The notes beneath the pieces are model-generated. The model made no database searches. It was not told the origin of the DNA and was given only the letters and a program-made list of their open reading frames with translations. Source: Catajapyx aquilonaris (Eukaryota). Taken from it: DNA of 64,000 bases. The stretch spans positions 1-64,000 of the forward strand of contig KZ538187.1 of the NCBI GenBank assembly GCA_000934665.2, read 5' to 3'. Positions 36,403-50,597 of the stretch are shown in pieces (within the stretch, counting starts at the first letter, position 1; each line of letters begins with the position of its first letter). Made by a program: the position numbers and the translations under genes.

Positions 36403-37994
36403 ATGTTTTATTCACAAAACTGAAATCGAGGGGAGAATGGAGGAAAAAAAAAACAATAAGCATGCAAACTGAGCAAAAGTGTGTTTTTGTTATATGCAAA
36501 ATAAATCAGTATTGCCAGAAACAAGCAGGTCGTCTTTGCATGGTACTCGCTAAGTATACACTTCCATTCCGAGAGCCATCCACATCAGTGTTTCCCAAAT
36601 ATTTTTATTGCAAGGCTATGTATAAATCTTGTGATAAATATTTCTGACAATCCGCTTTACATCTTTTTAAATCTAAAACGTACTTCATCCCTTGCCACAA
36701 GTTGCAACATTAACACATGGGAACCACTAATCTAAATGTTGGGTTCTCCTATACTGTTTCATCACATTTCCAGATGCTTTTATAGTGGTTAAAGCAACAT
36801 TTTAAGGCATTTGCAATTCAAAGATGTTCTTATGGCAGCATGTGATTACCACAACCAACCACAAGAGCCTTTTAGGAGAAAATTATCAGAAAATATACCT
36901 TTGAAAATAGGGCAGAGATTAGGCAAACTTGATAAACAGAGAATTACTAAGGCGATGGTAAATAATTTCACAAATTAAATACTATTAGCGAATACCAATC
37001 AGTGTATGCGAAGTAAAAAGGTTGAAATGATATGAAGAAGCTGAACTTAGGAAAAGGAGCAGAGTTTACTGCAAATTAAATGTTTCTCCCCTGTTTCACA
37101 ACAATTACTAACAACTTTGGAAAATATAATATGGAAACTAAACAATACAACACCAAATATCTCAAAACAGCTGGAATGGATCCTAGAGACCTGCTGGTTC
37201 CTGGGCATTGCCTGCCGAAGCCGACTCTTTTGTAAACTAGATCGTCGCTTACCACCCAATTCTTTTCCTACGTTGCCAAATTCTGAAACAATGGCACAAA
37301 CTTTACCTTAACATCTGTCAAGCATCAAGGCAGTAACAACAACAGTGAAAACATAAATTCAACAACTGAAATAATTTTCACCATCTGAGTCTCAAAGAAA
37401 TGTCACCGTAGAATTTTATTATCAGCACCGAGAAGTGTGACATAGCGCACATGCAGTAATGAGTATGGCCTTCAGACTAATTGATGCAAAATCATGCACT
37501 TTGTAGGGCAAGGGTGGCATAACATGAGGCTTACACTCGACACAGAACTGCAGAAATAAGTGTCTCGCCCTGTAATTTGCCATCCTGCAATACCGCCAGA
37601 GTATGTCACAATCCTCCAGCTGGACTTACTGGTGAACCCCCCTACCCTCCGAACGGACCCACCCGAGTACTCACCCTTTTTTTGTAAATATAATAATTTG
37701 CAATCCGGTCGATTTCTCAGCATGCAACAGAAACGGTTGCGGCGTATCTAGGCCTAGCCTGGAACGACGGGTGGAGCGCACCCGGATTGTCCTTGCGACG
37801 GAGGCCCTGTCCGGATGGGGCCTGCCAATCCGGGTCTGTAGGAGGCGAGGACCAACCCTGCCGAAAGGGGAGCCCGGTCCTCAAAAAAGGGGCAAATTTA
37901 GGCGGATTTTGCGTGCTAAAAATTGCGAACGACCCGCGGCCATCTTTGCGCTCCACAAAACCGATAATTATGACGAAAGGAAAATGAGAGCGTC

Positions 37995-38022
37995 TGATTG
38001 GTCAGAGCTCCAATATGGCGGA
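37995..38022. promoter_or_regulatory. CCAAT plus YY1-like motif near the probable mitofusin start site
   Basis: ctgattgg followed by agagctccaatatggcgga. Lies next to the GC-rich block 37740-37950 and a minus-strand donor (gtgagt) near 37672. Confidence 0.5.
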
Positions 38023-38618
38023 TTGCAAGGTTGGCTTCAGTCTGCCCCTGACATCTACCGGGATTATTAGTCACTGATGGTGGTGGAGACACTTTGCGGC
38101 AGTCATAAACACCACTTTCATATACTGTACTGTACTGTACTGTATATTAAAATATTTAAAATTGAAGTAAATTTTATATACGCAGAGCAGTTTTATCCGT
38201 GAGGTTCCTAGGAAATTGCTCAATTAATACGAAAATGTAGTGATAGATATTATGTAACCTTCACCTGTTGAGATATTTGAGACTGTCGTAGTCTGTAAAC
38301 TGATATCTGCTGGAGATAATTTTCACAACCGATGATATAATTCTCAGACAGATCAATTTCAGCATTACGTGGCATGATATGATGCTGCACAATATTACCT
38401 GTGCGACAGGTCAGTTCATTGAGTACGTCAAGTGGAGTTTGAGTGAGATGAGATGCAATTGTCAATGACATTCATTCAAGTTGTGCAGGAGGGAAATGAT
38501 TGTCCAATTAATGAATTTGATTAAAAGAAAAAGAATTTGATTTAAAGAAAGGGGCAATCCATTAATTTTAGCAACGCATTAATTTCATGGCAAGACATAT
38601 TTTCTTACTACAGCTATA

Positions 38619-38807
38619 CAGGGTGACTCTAAAGTCTGGATACACTTGTAACTGGATTGTATTGTTGGTTGCCAGTTGTGCCAACTCCAAGTGGCAACTG
38701 TGTCAACTCAACCTTCACTGGTGTCAACAATCTGCGAGTTGGCACAACTGTCAACCAACTATGGAATCCAATTATTACAAATGTATCCATACTTCAGAGT
38801 CACCCTG
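38619..38807. mobile_element. MITE, same family as 4445-4620
   Basis: ta|cagggtgactctaaagtctggatacacttg ... aatgtatccatacttcagagtcaccctg. Confidence 0.8.
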
Positions 38808-39859
38808 AAATGTGAAATGGCCAGCTTATTAGTTCTTGTAAGTCGATTTTAAAAAAAAAATTCGTAACACGAGTGCGTTTTACCCTTTGACGTTTAGAGG
38901 ATGAGTGTCCCTAACGTACGTCACTTCCAAAAAGTCGTTGACACCCATCAACTTCCCAATAATATTTGCCGTCATTCTATACATAGGTCGGGCCGTCTCA
39001 CCAAAACAAAAATTATCACGCACCAAACATTGCGAAACTTGCCATTTTAATTATCACCCGACCTTACCCAACTCCTTCCAACATGCATCCATATCTCTCC
39101 CCTTTTCCTGCTAATCTATAAAAAGCCTTCATGGAGCAAAGTTCAGGTTCAAACAACCCGGCACCCCGGTCTATTCATAAACCGCTAAGTTCAACCCCAT
39201 CCCGCCAGATGGAGCCTTACACCCTCCCCCCCGCATTATATACAGCGCCCCACTTCTTCATATTCACCCCTTGGTCGGTAAGCAGAGGGAGAGGAAGGAC
39301 ACAAAAAAGGAGAAGAGACAGGACGTCAACCCACTTTCGCTTCATTGCGCCTTTCAAACCGAAAAAAAAAAACTAATAATAGCAGCTGTGATGACCGCAT
39401 CAGGATAGCAGGTAAAAACTGTATTCGCATTTGCTGAAAAATATACGGTAGAAATTTCTTTCAAAAAAAATGTGGCCCAGGTGGCCCTTTAATGAGTCAT
39501 TTAAACACCACATGAAGGAATGTGGCTGAAGGACACTTGCAATTAGTACAGGGAGGCCCATTGCTCAAGTTCAAACGGTTGTCTGCTCCGGCAACCAGGT
39601 TTTAAATGGCAACAATTTTGTAAAATGCAATGCGTAAACAAGCAAAAAAAAGAAGTGGGATAATAGCCCAGACTGTGATTGATAAGGTTATATCAGAGGC
39701 AGACCAGCAAAAAGTGTGTGGCCTTTGCTTATGTCCGCTTCAAAGTACATTGCTGCAATGTGATAAAAATTGTGGGCTTGCCATTTTTCACGTAGATTTT
39801 GAAGAGGGTGGAAGGTATATTGCGGGGTAATAATTTTTGGTGGTGTTTAGCAGGGAAGG

Positions 39860-42800
39860 ATGGTTCTGGAAATGGACGGCGGGACTGTGGGTGACAATGG
39901 GACAACTGCGGTTCGGACGGCTCCCAGGAGAAAGTCGTCTTCTGCGCTGATGTGTTTCAACGAGTACCAGACGCTTCTGGAGAAGATTGAAACACGGGTT
40001 GAATCCGGGGACAAGTTCTTCTCCCTGGAGTTCTTCCCACCCAGGATACGAGGAGGTGCTGCAAATTTACTCCAAGTGTAAGAAATCCCACCCACTTCAA
40101 TTAATATATATGACCTTCGATAATAGCATGCTGTTTTCACATGTCGCCTTATCAACCACCAGCATTTCCTGTTCAAAAATAATTACTCATGTTATTAAAG
40201 GATGTGAAGATGTGCGCAAAAATCATAACTGGTTTTTCATATCAACAGATTTACTTTTCATTTATCCAGTTCTATGCTATCAGAAAGTAGTGCAAATTAA
40301 TCCTACATTTGGTGATAACTAATCTTCATGTCATAATATGCTGCATTGTTTCAATGCCTTACTGCCACATTCCTGACCAAGTTGCTGCACTAAAACTTGC
40401 ATCATTTTCTATCATAACTCTATTGTTCGCAAGGAATTTGAAATATCACTTGAAGCATCATACACTTCCTTGCATACCATGTGGCACATAAACATTGTTC
40501 ATAATATATTGTCCAAACAGTTTTGACGATGTGCGTATGGGAGGCCCCCTCTTCTGTGATATCACCTGGCATCCGGGCAATAACCCTGCCTCAGAATCCG
40601 AGACATCCTCCATGACCATTGCTAGTGCAGCACTCAACTACTGTGGACTAGAGACTATGCTTCATCTCACATGCTGTCAGGCTACGAAGGTTCAGATTAC
40701 TGGTTATCTGAAGAGGGCCAAGGAACTGGGCATAAAGAACATTTTGGCACTCAGAGGAGGTTAGGATGTTACTCAGGTTATTGCCCGCTTGTGACTCATA
40801 CTGATAACAATTGTGCAGATGTTGCTGTGGAAGGCGAGGAGTGGATTTCGTCCCCTGATGGATTCATGTACGCAACTGAGCTTGTGAGTCATATACGCAA
40901 GGAATTTGGGAACTACTTTGTCATCGGGGTTGCTGGATATCCAACAGGTCATCCGGAAGCTGACTCCTATGAGGATGACTTGAAGCACCTAAAGGAAAAG
41001 GTAACCGCAAGGGCATTAATTCCTAACCGAAAATTATCTGTGCCACTTTCCCTCAATCTTCAAGGTTTCCTATGGTGCAACATTTTACTTTCTAGGTGGA
41101 TGCAGGTGCTGATTTCATCATAACGCAGCTGTTCTTCAAGGCAGAGACATTCATTAGATTTGTACAGGATTGCCGAGCCATTGGTATTAAGTGCCCAATC
41201 CTTCCTGGAATTATGCCGCTACAGAGTTATGACTCCCTTCGCCACATCGTGAAACTGTCCCGCCTGGAAGTTCCACCGGAGATACTGTCCGTGGTGACTC
41301 CACTAAGAGACAATGATGAGGCCATACGTAATTATGGGATCCGACATGCTGTGGATCTCATTCGAGAGCTCTTTGATGTGCATCCAGAGACGCCTGGAGT
41401 CCACTTGTACACCTTGAATCGGCAGGTAGCGTCAGTAGCCATATTACGCCAGCTTGGATTGTGGCAGCCAGATCCACATCGCCCATTTCCATGGCGGCTG
41501 TCTGCTAACAACCGTCGTCAATCGGAAGATGTGCGCCCAATATTCTGGAGTGCAAGACCCCGTGCATACGTTTATAGAACTCGCCACTGGTGTGAGTTCC
41601 CTAATGGTCGCTGGGGTCGATCTGAATGTCCTGCTTTTGGTGACCTTAAAGACTATTACTTGTTCTACCTGAAGAGTCGCAGCCCCAAAGTTGAGCTGCT
41701 CAACATGTGGGGCCATGAAATCCCAGATGAAACTGATGTGTGGGGTGTTTTCACACGTTACATAACAGGCGAAGCGAATGACCTGGGAGTGAAGGTATGA
41801 GAGTCTTGTGTACTATAGGGAAGCTAGTACGCATTCATTTAATTACTCATTGATGTCCATCTGATATGTATTACTGAACATGGTAGATTTGTAACATTGC
41901 AATACTTAAACAATGGCAGGATTATTAAAGTACCGTAATGCAATAAATATTTGAGTAAGCTCTCTGAATAGTCATGCCAATCAAATTCCATTATATTCCA
42001 ATTTTTTAAAGGTTGGATGATGTCACCATTGCTATTACGAAATGATTACAAAGGTGATGTTCATCCAAATTTGTGCGAAAATCATGCATGTTGTAAATTC
42101 CCAGCACCAATTTATTAATAATTAAATGTCACTTACGTGGTGGAATCAACTCCTTCATGCAGGTGACCAAGATAGCTTGGAATGAAGATGAGTTGAGTCC
42201 CGAGACAGTGGTCCTGAGGGATCAGCTTGCAGATGTGAACCGGCGAGGTGTACTGACGATCAACTCTCAGCCGAACGTCAATGGGGAAGAGAGCACTCAT
42301 CCTGTGTTTGGATGGGGGCAGCCAGGAGGTTATGTCTATCAGAGAGCATACCTTGAATTCTTCACATGTGCCAAGAATGCCAGAGCACTCAAAAAGGTGC
42401 TACCTTCCTTTCCATCCATCACGTATCATCTCATCAACAGCACTGTAAGTTTTTAATTGGGTCATGTTTCAACTTTTATACTCTACTAATTCATTTCCTG
42501 CTTGTCACGTAGGGTTCAAAGAGCCACACCAATGCCCACAAGCATCGTCCTGTGGCAGTCACTTGGGGTGTGTTCCCAGGCCACGAGGTCGTGCAGCCCA
42601 CAGTGGTGGATCCTGTTAGCTTCCGAGCCTGGAAGGACGAAGCCTTTGGGCTGTGGACCCACTCCTGGGGCAGACTTTATCCAGATGGATCACGTTCCAA
42701 GCAAGTTCTCCAGGAGATAGCCCAGTCCTACTTTTTGGTCAACCTTGTGGACAATGATTATCCCAAGGAGAGCTGTCTCTGGAATGTGTTGGAAGCCATG

Positions 42801-42893
42801 TTCCAAATCAGGGATGACATTGGAGATGAGGAGAGTGATGAGGAATTTGAGCGGGAGAGGAGTGTCAGCACTGACAGTGTTCATTCCAAATGA
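39860..42893 (+). CDS. MTHFR: Methylenetetrahydrofolate reductase with C-terminal regulatory domain
   Basis: Exons 39860-40077, 40521-40759, 40819-41000, 41096-41794, 42163-42444, 42513-42893. Motifs [80 protein letters not shown]. Confidence 0.97.
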
Positions 42894-43977
42894 AATAGTA
42901 TTACAAACCAGTATTTTTCCATCAATGAGACGTCCATTACTAACTTAGACAAGGGTGTTTGTAAAATAAAATATAAGCACGACTCTCTTCTGAATCGAAG
43001 TGCGTGGACCAGCCACTGCAAACCAAAATCGCTCTTTGGAACTCCTTTTGCCAAAACTTTGAAGCCAAAGCCTTAATTTTCAAGATAAAATGCCAGAGGA
43101 CATTTCCATTTAAAATGGTGTCCTATACCAGTGGTATCACATTTTTCAAACATTTCCAAGCACTCCTACATTGTCCAAATGTGCCATGTGATATGCAATA
43201 TGTCTGAATGTTACTATTGCAACAGGAATTCTTGGCATTTAAAATGTAATTTATATTTTTTAGCATTTGCATGGAAATTACAAACGAGGACCAATGCCCA
43301 TTTTTCAACAGTAAATTTTCCCATGGTATGAAACATGGGAACGTGAATGATTAGTCACATTCGTGGCAATGAAATGATTGCAGTTAAATTACTGCAGTAC
43401 TAAAATTCAATTGCCAAGTCTTGTGTTTGCCAATAATATATTCCGCAGATGCAGGGCTGCCATGTGGTATTTAAACTAGATAAATTACGTGTGAGTGTGC
43501 ATAACTGTAGGTTGCCAGAATGTCGGATCTTGCATGTGCATAACGACTTCAAGGTAGCAACAAAAATGTGTGTGGAAAACTACCACGGCAACCATGTAGG
43601 CAGCCTCTAGGCGTCACAACCGTCCTTGACATACAATGCTAACCTGCAGTGCCAATAAATAAACATTATTCAAATACAGCAACCACACAGCAGCGTATCA
43701 CATGAGCGACAGTCAGATTCAGACTGAGCACCAACCTACAAAAGTGACACCGGTGAATTTGGTTGTAGCTTGACTGATGGAAAACCCTCCCAATAAAGGG
43801 TTGCAAGAGTTTGATCAACTGTTCTTTTAATGGTAAAACTTTAGCTGTACACTTTTAGAATCAAAATAGCACGTGCAAAATAAATTGAGTAACCTGCGCA
43901 TCAGCCTTGGTATTCTTATCCCCTTACACCTGTGAGAAGAGGGGACGTAGTATATGGGGGGACTACTTAACAAATGT

Positions 43978-45754
43978 TCAAAAGAGCCAACTTTTCCCAT
44001 GTAGCTGCTGGAACTTGGCCATGTTGATGCCAATGCTTGCTGCTATCTGATCTGCTGTCGTGTCCTTCCCGTAATAATCCACAAACTCGCCCTCGGGATT
44101 CACGAGGTACATGATGATGGTGTGGTCAACCTGCCCCAATTTGATGCTATTAGACATTGGCAACATTCACTTTCTACTAATTATCATATCACAACTGTGC
44201 CATAAGCAATAGCCCTAATTGTCCTCATGCTACCACCTTCTAAGAATATCATAAAAGTTATCTAGAAAATACTGATATTTAATGCCTTCCAGACAATGTA
44301 GGAAAACCACCTAGGTTTTCTTAGCCAACCATGTGCAGAATTTTGCTCCCGGGAATTGAGATATTGGCCAAGCAGCCATCAATTTTCCATTCCATACATG
44401 AATCGAGGTGGATCCCATAATTCAGTCCTACCCTGCGTCAATCCAGGATTAGACAACCCCACAACTGAAGTTACCATTAAGCGTACAAGCTTAAATAATT
44501 GCAAAAGACCAACTTACAATGTAATCGTTATCCTGGTCTCTTGGCCCGCTACTGTGGTACACCCTGTAGGCTTGGCAAGCTTGCTGGATTTTTTCTTTGG
44601 AACCAGTCAATCCGACAAGCTTGGGTGAAAATTCCTTCACATATTTCCCCACTGCCTGAACAGAGTCTCTCTCAGGGTCCACAGTGATAAAGAGTGGCTG
44701 TACGTTTGGTATTTTGTCAATGTTTTCTGCGTGAAAAAGGTTTGAGAGTAGGGTCATCTTGCCTCATAAAAGGCAAAAAGCGGCTTACCAACGATATCAA
44801 CAGCTTGGGCCATCTTCTCTAGTTCATCTGGGCAGATGTCCGGACAGTGAGTGAACCCAAAGTAGATGAGGAGCCATTGGCCAAGGAAGTCATCACTCTT
44901 GCACGGCTTCCCATTGTGATCAACGAGGTCAAATTTGCCTCCAATAGACGCCTTGCCTAGCATCCGCTTGCGCTCTTTTGCTAGAGCTGGAGCATTTGAA
45001 AGAAACATTTTGGGATCATGATCTATTGCATGTAATATCTCTACCTTCAAATGGAGGTTATTTATAAGCTGATCTGCAGATACTCAATTCTGAATGAAAC
45101 AATTACAATATTCTGCTTGGGACTAGCCAGCTATCCAAATTACCCTGGTACTTTCCATTTCAAATAATTATATTGGCAAAAATATTAAAAATCCTACTAT
45201 AGGTACTGCTACAGGAGAATGCCAATAAATTATACAGTATTCCTCCCTTGATATCTGGCAGATAATTTCAGATCTGTAGGTTACACTAATACACTAGCTC
45301 AGCAGGTGATCATCTGGCAAGTGACAGCTGTACTTAGGATTGGGGAAAAAACCAGCACACTGCACACAAAATTATTACAATTACACACCCAACTCTTTCT
45401 TGTCTCGTAAGTAGTACATGTAGAGGAGCAGTCCTGATCCAATGGCCGACGTTATTAAGAAGTTCCTCCACGACATAGGCCCCTTTTTACCACTTTGATC
45501 CTTCTTGGGAAGTGGCCCAGCCTGATCCGCCACCATCCTCGCCTCCAGCCTATGAAGCGCGCTGTTCAGTGTCTGCACCTGAAAGCACAAAACTATGTAA
45601 AATCTGCATATTTAAGGCCGAAAAATCCAAAACCCACCTGTGCCTGCAGTGGCTGCCGCCTTAAAGGTAGATTCATGGATTTATTTCCTTGGCTGAAGTT
45701 CCTTGTGATTCCAACCCATGCTCGGGGCATGAGCCTCAAAACTGCTGAATTCAT
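43978..45754 (-). CDS. SCO1: SCO1/SCO2 cytochrome c oxidase copper chaperone
   Basis: Exons 45754-45638, 45578-45389, 44986-44789, 44726-44518, 44130-43978. Motifs [30 protein letters not shown]. Probable 5'UTR exon ~46230-46105. Confidence 0.95.
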
Positions 45755-46519
45755 CTAAGTAATACAACAAGCAGATTTGATCAGAACTTACTTCTGTAAC
45801 AAATTCATCTGTTATGTTCAAGACAAGCATATTAGATCATTTGTGTTAATCAGAAGATTGTGTGGTAATTTTTCAGCAATTCGCATGACTAATTAATCCC
45901 GAAAGTGCCAAGGTCATCGGATAAAAAGGATCCGGAATGCGACACAACTAAAAATACACCATGCCGTGACTTTAGACATTAACGCGCCATGGGCGCCTGT
46001 CACGAGTAGGCCCAAACGAACCCTTTTTCTACCCCCCAAGACAACTCCCACAATGTGTACACTGTTACCAGTAGGTACCAGTACTGTCTCTGCTGCATAC
46101 TTACCGTGATTATGACGATGCGACTAGATCAAACGCAGCCTCCTTCGAACCAAAATCTTTTCCGAAGAAAAAAGTGACAAATGGCGAGGAAGGCATGCAA
46201 GTGAGTTGCCAGACGCATAGCATGCACCGAGCTTTAACAATTGAATTTAATAATTTTTGTACTTGTAAAATATGGACTATTAACTAAAACCCGTCATAAC
46301 AGTCATAACAGACTATGGTTAAGTGAAATCAGGAGTTAGTTGCAAGGTGGCCAGATTAATTTGGAATTCTCGCGCGCTTCCATTTCTTTTTTTCTTTTTC
46401 TTTTTTTTTCCTTTTTGTTCCAATGGGGGTGCATTGACCTGCTGAGATCGAAGCGATTTTGGGCGAGAAATATCGGTGGATTCGACGTGATTTTTGCGGG
46501 GTCCCAATCGGAAGAAGAG

Positions 46520-48334
46520 ATGTCGTCGAGCGGCCCAAGCACCCCAGGCTCACTAGAGATGGACAACACACCGCTGCACTGGACCCAGACGGTGTCACGT
46601 ACGTGTACAGCAGCATACATATTGCATTGGCGCATTACATGTCATTTACATGGTACTGAGGAATACTTGTCCAATACTTGTCCGTATTACTAGAAATAAC
46701 TACTAGAACTATGACTGGTCCACACTATTCAGTTGCTACATAATTAATGTATTGGCACTGCATGGTTGGGCAACAGAATTATTACATTGACCATTATTGG
46801 CATGCAATTAGAACAAAAAAGGTTGGCAAAAACTGTACATGGCAACTACAATGGGCCAGAACAAAATCATGATAGGTCAATGACCTTGCACACGTTAGCA
46901 GTGCGTACTCTCTCATTGCAACACTTAAATTGCAGGGGATATGTTGGAGGATTGGATAACGGATCTGCGTCGTCGTAACCGGGTGGAGGTCCAGAATGCG
47001 CTGAACCAAATGAGAGGATCGACTTTTGAATGCGGGACGGCCAAGTTTATATTTGTCACGTCCAAACGACTGGGGATGAGCCCGGCCATATGCTACTTGA
47101 GCTTAGAGCTGTTTAATCGCTTTGCGGAGAGGCACGAGCAGAACCTCAACACGTACCTGGTTGATATGCTTCACAAGGAGAGGAGGAGGCGAGGCAGCTT
47201 GAACTACCAGCGCAGAAAGCAGCAAGAGTGGGGCAAGATAGTGAAGCGAGCCAAGGAGCAGGTGACCCTCCGGGTGCTCAGCTGTATGCAGCTTGCCTCC
47301 AAAGTTGTGGAGCACTATCAGGAGCTCAGCCCTCAAATGGTCAAGCGGTACCTGAAGGATGTGCTGAAAAAAGGGTACAGCCTGAAGAGCATTCTCACTT
47401 CAGAAATGCGGGTGCTCAGCACACTGTCCTTTCAGGTACTTGTTGCAGTTGCAACATTAAATAACATACCTGTAGGGTAGTCCAGAAAGTAGCACAATCT
47501 TGCTAAAGCGGCACAGTTATTGCTTTTTTGTTACAGCTAGCTTGGGTACAACTGGGTAGCTGGGTAGTAACTTACAATAATAATAATAATAATATATTGA
47601 TTGCATGCTATGACAAAAACTTGCAACTTGACATAGAAATTCATTCCTCTGTGTTGAACAAACTAAATGACTGGCATTATTAAATTTTAAGATGTTGGTG
47701 CCCACCCCGTTGGATTACGTGGAGTCTCTCCTGGCAGTACAAAACGAAAGGGTGAAGACCCGCATCTTCTACCAGGCCTGTGTAAGACTCATTGATATAT
47801 CCTACTTGGAACATAGGAAACTTTATGACGGACTCTTTGCCTCCGTCACTGGAAGGATGATGACCACTGAAGAGGACAAGTGAGTAAATAATATCTATAG
47901 CTGCTAGAAGCGCTGCGTTCCACTACATGCAGCGGTTTCCAATATATGCAAAAGAAATAGTCAAAATGTGAAGAGTTCACGTACATAAAATGGCACGTGT
48001 TGATAGCAATTAAAGCAACAATATTAATTAGAAACCCACTTGCTTGTGAAACCAGTGTCATGTCCAAGTAGCATGGGTATTTCAAATTAATTGCTATGAG
48101 CATCAGCGAATCACTAATTTGTCTCCGGTTTTCAACAGGGCAAAGTTTGCTTGTGTTGAGGCAGACTACCTCTACCTTGGAAGCGCCGTGGTGACTGCAG
48201 CGTCATACTTAGTGTGCCAAGACCAGGCCTCGGAGATACTTCAAAATCTAAACGCCTCCACCGATCTGGTGGTTCATGAAATTGTCACATTGGCAACTCT
48301 CCTTCTGGAGGTTGGCTTAGGAGAGAAGAAATAG
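46520..48334 (+). CDS. CNTD1: Cyclin N-terminal domain-containing protein 1 (COSA-1 orthologue)
   Basis: Exons 46520-46598, 46936-47435, 47692-47879, 48139-48334. Motifs LRVLSCMQLASK, ILTSEMRVLSTLSFQMLVPTPLDYVESLL, KFACVEADYLYLGSAVVTAAS. Confidence 0.85.
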
Positions 48335-48407
48335 GTCAAAGTGACGCTATGCATATCACATTCTTGCCACCTTGTATTATCTGACATGTCAACTGCTGTG
48401 ATATTTG

Positions 48408-48775
48408 TTCACTCTAAGCAAATTGTAAAGTTCTGCAACGACCTAATATGCACATACCTGTATATAGAATGGATTTCTTGTTGGCTGATTTGTTGTGGTG
48501 TTATGTCAGATGCAATGTTTTGTTTGCACTCTATGAAAATTGTAAACTTCAGCCACAACATAATGTGCACATCTCTTCTGTATAGAGCGGATTACTTGTT
48601 GGTTTATTTGTGTTGTGACATGTTTCAGCGTTACATATGCTGACACTAAGCAGTAAGTTGTAAAGTTCTGCCACACACCTGTATATAATGGATTCCTTTT
48701 TGGTTTATTTTTGTGAAATGTCGTTTCATGATATTTTATGTTGATGCTATAAGAAAATTGTGAAGTTCCACTGTA
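48408..48775. repeat. Degenerate ~115-120-bp tandem repeat (~3 copies) downstream of CNTD1
   Basis: Recurrent ttgtaaagttctgc..ctgtatat..ggatt..ttggtttattt. Confidence 0.7.
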
Positions 48776-49169
48776 ATATAAGATGTACAAACAGGTGATG
48801 AAACGTTATGTAAAATTGTATGTACTGGTACATGGAGAAATCTAACATGTTACACATACACTAGTATTTGCACATATGTCAAACGAATTGAGTTTAAAAT
48901 GATATTTATTGAGTGCAGCCAGGTACAGCGTGGAATATGTGATGACACCTGCAGACATAAATGGCTGTGTGCTGGGTTAATGTTGCGCCCATGAAACAAT
49001 CTGTGATTTTTAAGACTGTGTGAATATGTTTGTCAAATTGTTTAAATACAACTATTTAATTGCTCAGTTCTCATTACATTACCTACGGTACCGTCCCACT
49101 CTTTCAGCCATGCCCCGCCACCTAGAGTCTCTCTGCGAAACCAACCAGATTCATCAGAGAGAGGCAAAG

Positions 49170-50222
49170 ATGGCCGACTTGAACAAGGAGCTTCAGGACT
49201 ACCTGTCCCGAAGCGAGAAGGGTCCAGGCGGCTCGGGGCAGGCCGGGGGATCAGCAGGGCAGAGCCAGAGGCTGCTCAGCCTCCCTGCGCTGGCGGCCAT
49301 CACTCCAAAGTCCACCGGGAAGTGGTTCGGGGGGAAGGGAGGCGACAAGGTGTCATCGGCCGAGAACGGGGGTCAGCCGGACAGGAACGGGTGGTTCGGA
49401 GGGTACGGGGCCAAGACCACGCAGCCAGACGACGCGGCCACCTCGTGCTTCCCTGCACTGGTACTACAACTTCACTTAAAGAGTCACACGCTGACAGTCA
49501 AACTTAACTGTGTCTGGCATATGTTACTGCTAACGTGCTAAGCTGCTTTGCAAACAGTTGCTTTCATGTGTCCGCATGTGTCACTACACTAATATTATCA
49601 TAATGATATTTCATGCACAGTAAGGCAGCGTAGTTGTCTAAACGCAAATATTTGTGTTGCGGCTGTTGACATATATTTCATGCTGATGTTGGATGTAGAG
49701 TGTGATAACTTATGGAGGTCAATTTTCAGAGTCACCGGCAGAGGATAGTGGGGTTCGTGGCGTGTATTGGGATGGGGATATTCTGCTTTGGCATGGCTGC
49801 CCTGTACACGCCGATGCTCGTGTTTAAGGCCAGGAAGTTTGCTCTCATGTACACCCTCGGCAGCTTGTTCATCATATTCAGGTAACAATCACTATACATT
49901 ATTTGAAAATTGACATGAAAAATTGCATTAAAACTATGTTAATAATTTCAGCTTTTCCTTCCTGTGGGGCCCGTGGAATCACTTGCGCCACCTTTTTTCT
50001 TCAGAGAGGGCAGCTTTTACGGCCACTTACTTTGGCACCCTCTTTGCCACCCTGTATTGCGCCCTCAGCTTGCAGAGTACGCCTCTCACAGTTTTGTTCG
50101 CAGTTGGACAGGTGATTGCGCTACTATGGTTCCTCTCCAGCTACCTTCCCGGGGGTCAGACGGGGATCAGGTTTTTTGGAAGAGTGTTTTCAAGCTCAGT
50201 ATCCAAAACATTGCCAGTTTGA
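49170..50222 (+). CDS. SFT2D3: Vesicle transport protein SFT2 (SFT2D3/SFT2C-like)
   Basis: Exons 49170-49460, 49730-49881, 49952-50222. Motifs MADLNKELQDYL, KARKFALMYTLGSL, HLFSSER, SYLPGGQTG. Confidence 0.85.
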
Positions 50223-50597
50223 GATTATTCATATTTGTGTGGGACCATTCCTTTTGCATCTATTTATTAATGTATGTCTCATCATTATTCTTTTGTAAAT
50301 GTGTGTCTTCCGGTTTTATGTGTTGTACCTGGAAAAGTCAAACGCCGGGGTTGCTGTTTAATAAACATGCCATGTTTATGTTACATTCATATATTTTTTG
50401 TACAAGTTTCTGAATACAAACCCCTGGTCATCGGCAAACATTCACATTCAAATTAAATCCCCCTTACAAAACATAGTATCATACTGGTCTTTGGAATGTA
50501 AAAAATCTGGAACAATGCATGATCCGGTGGAAATTACTGGACCCTTATTTTTAAAAATGCAGGGTCCATAATATAACTGGTTTCTGGCCATTAAGCC

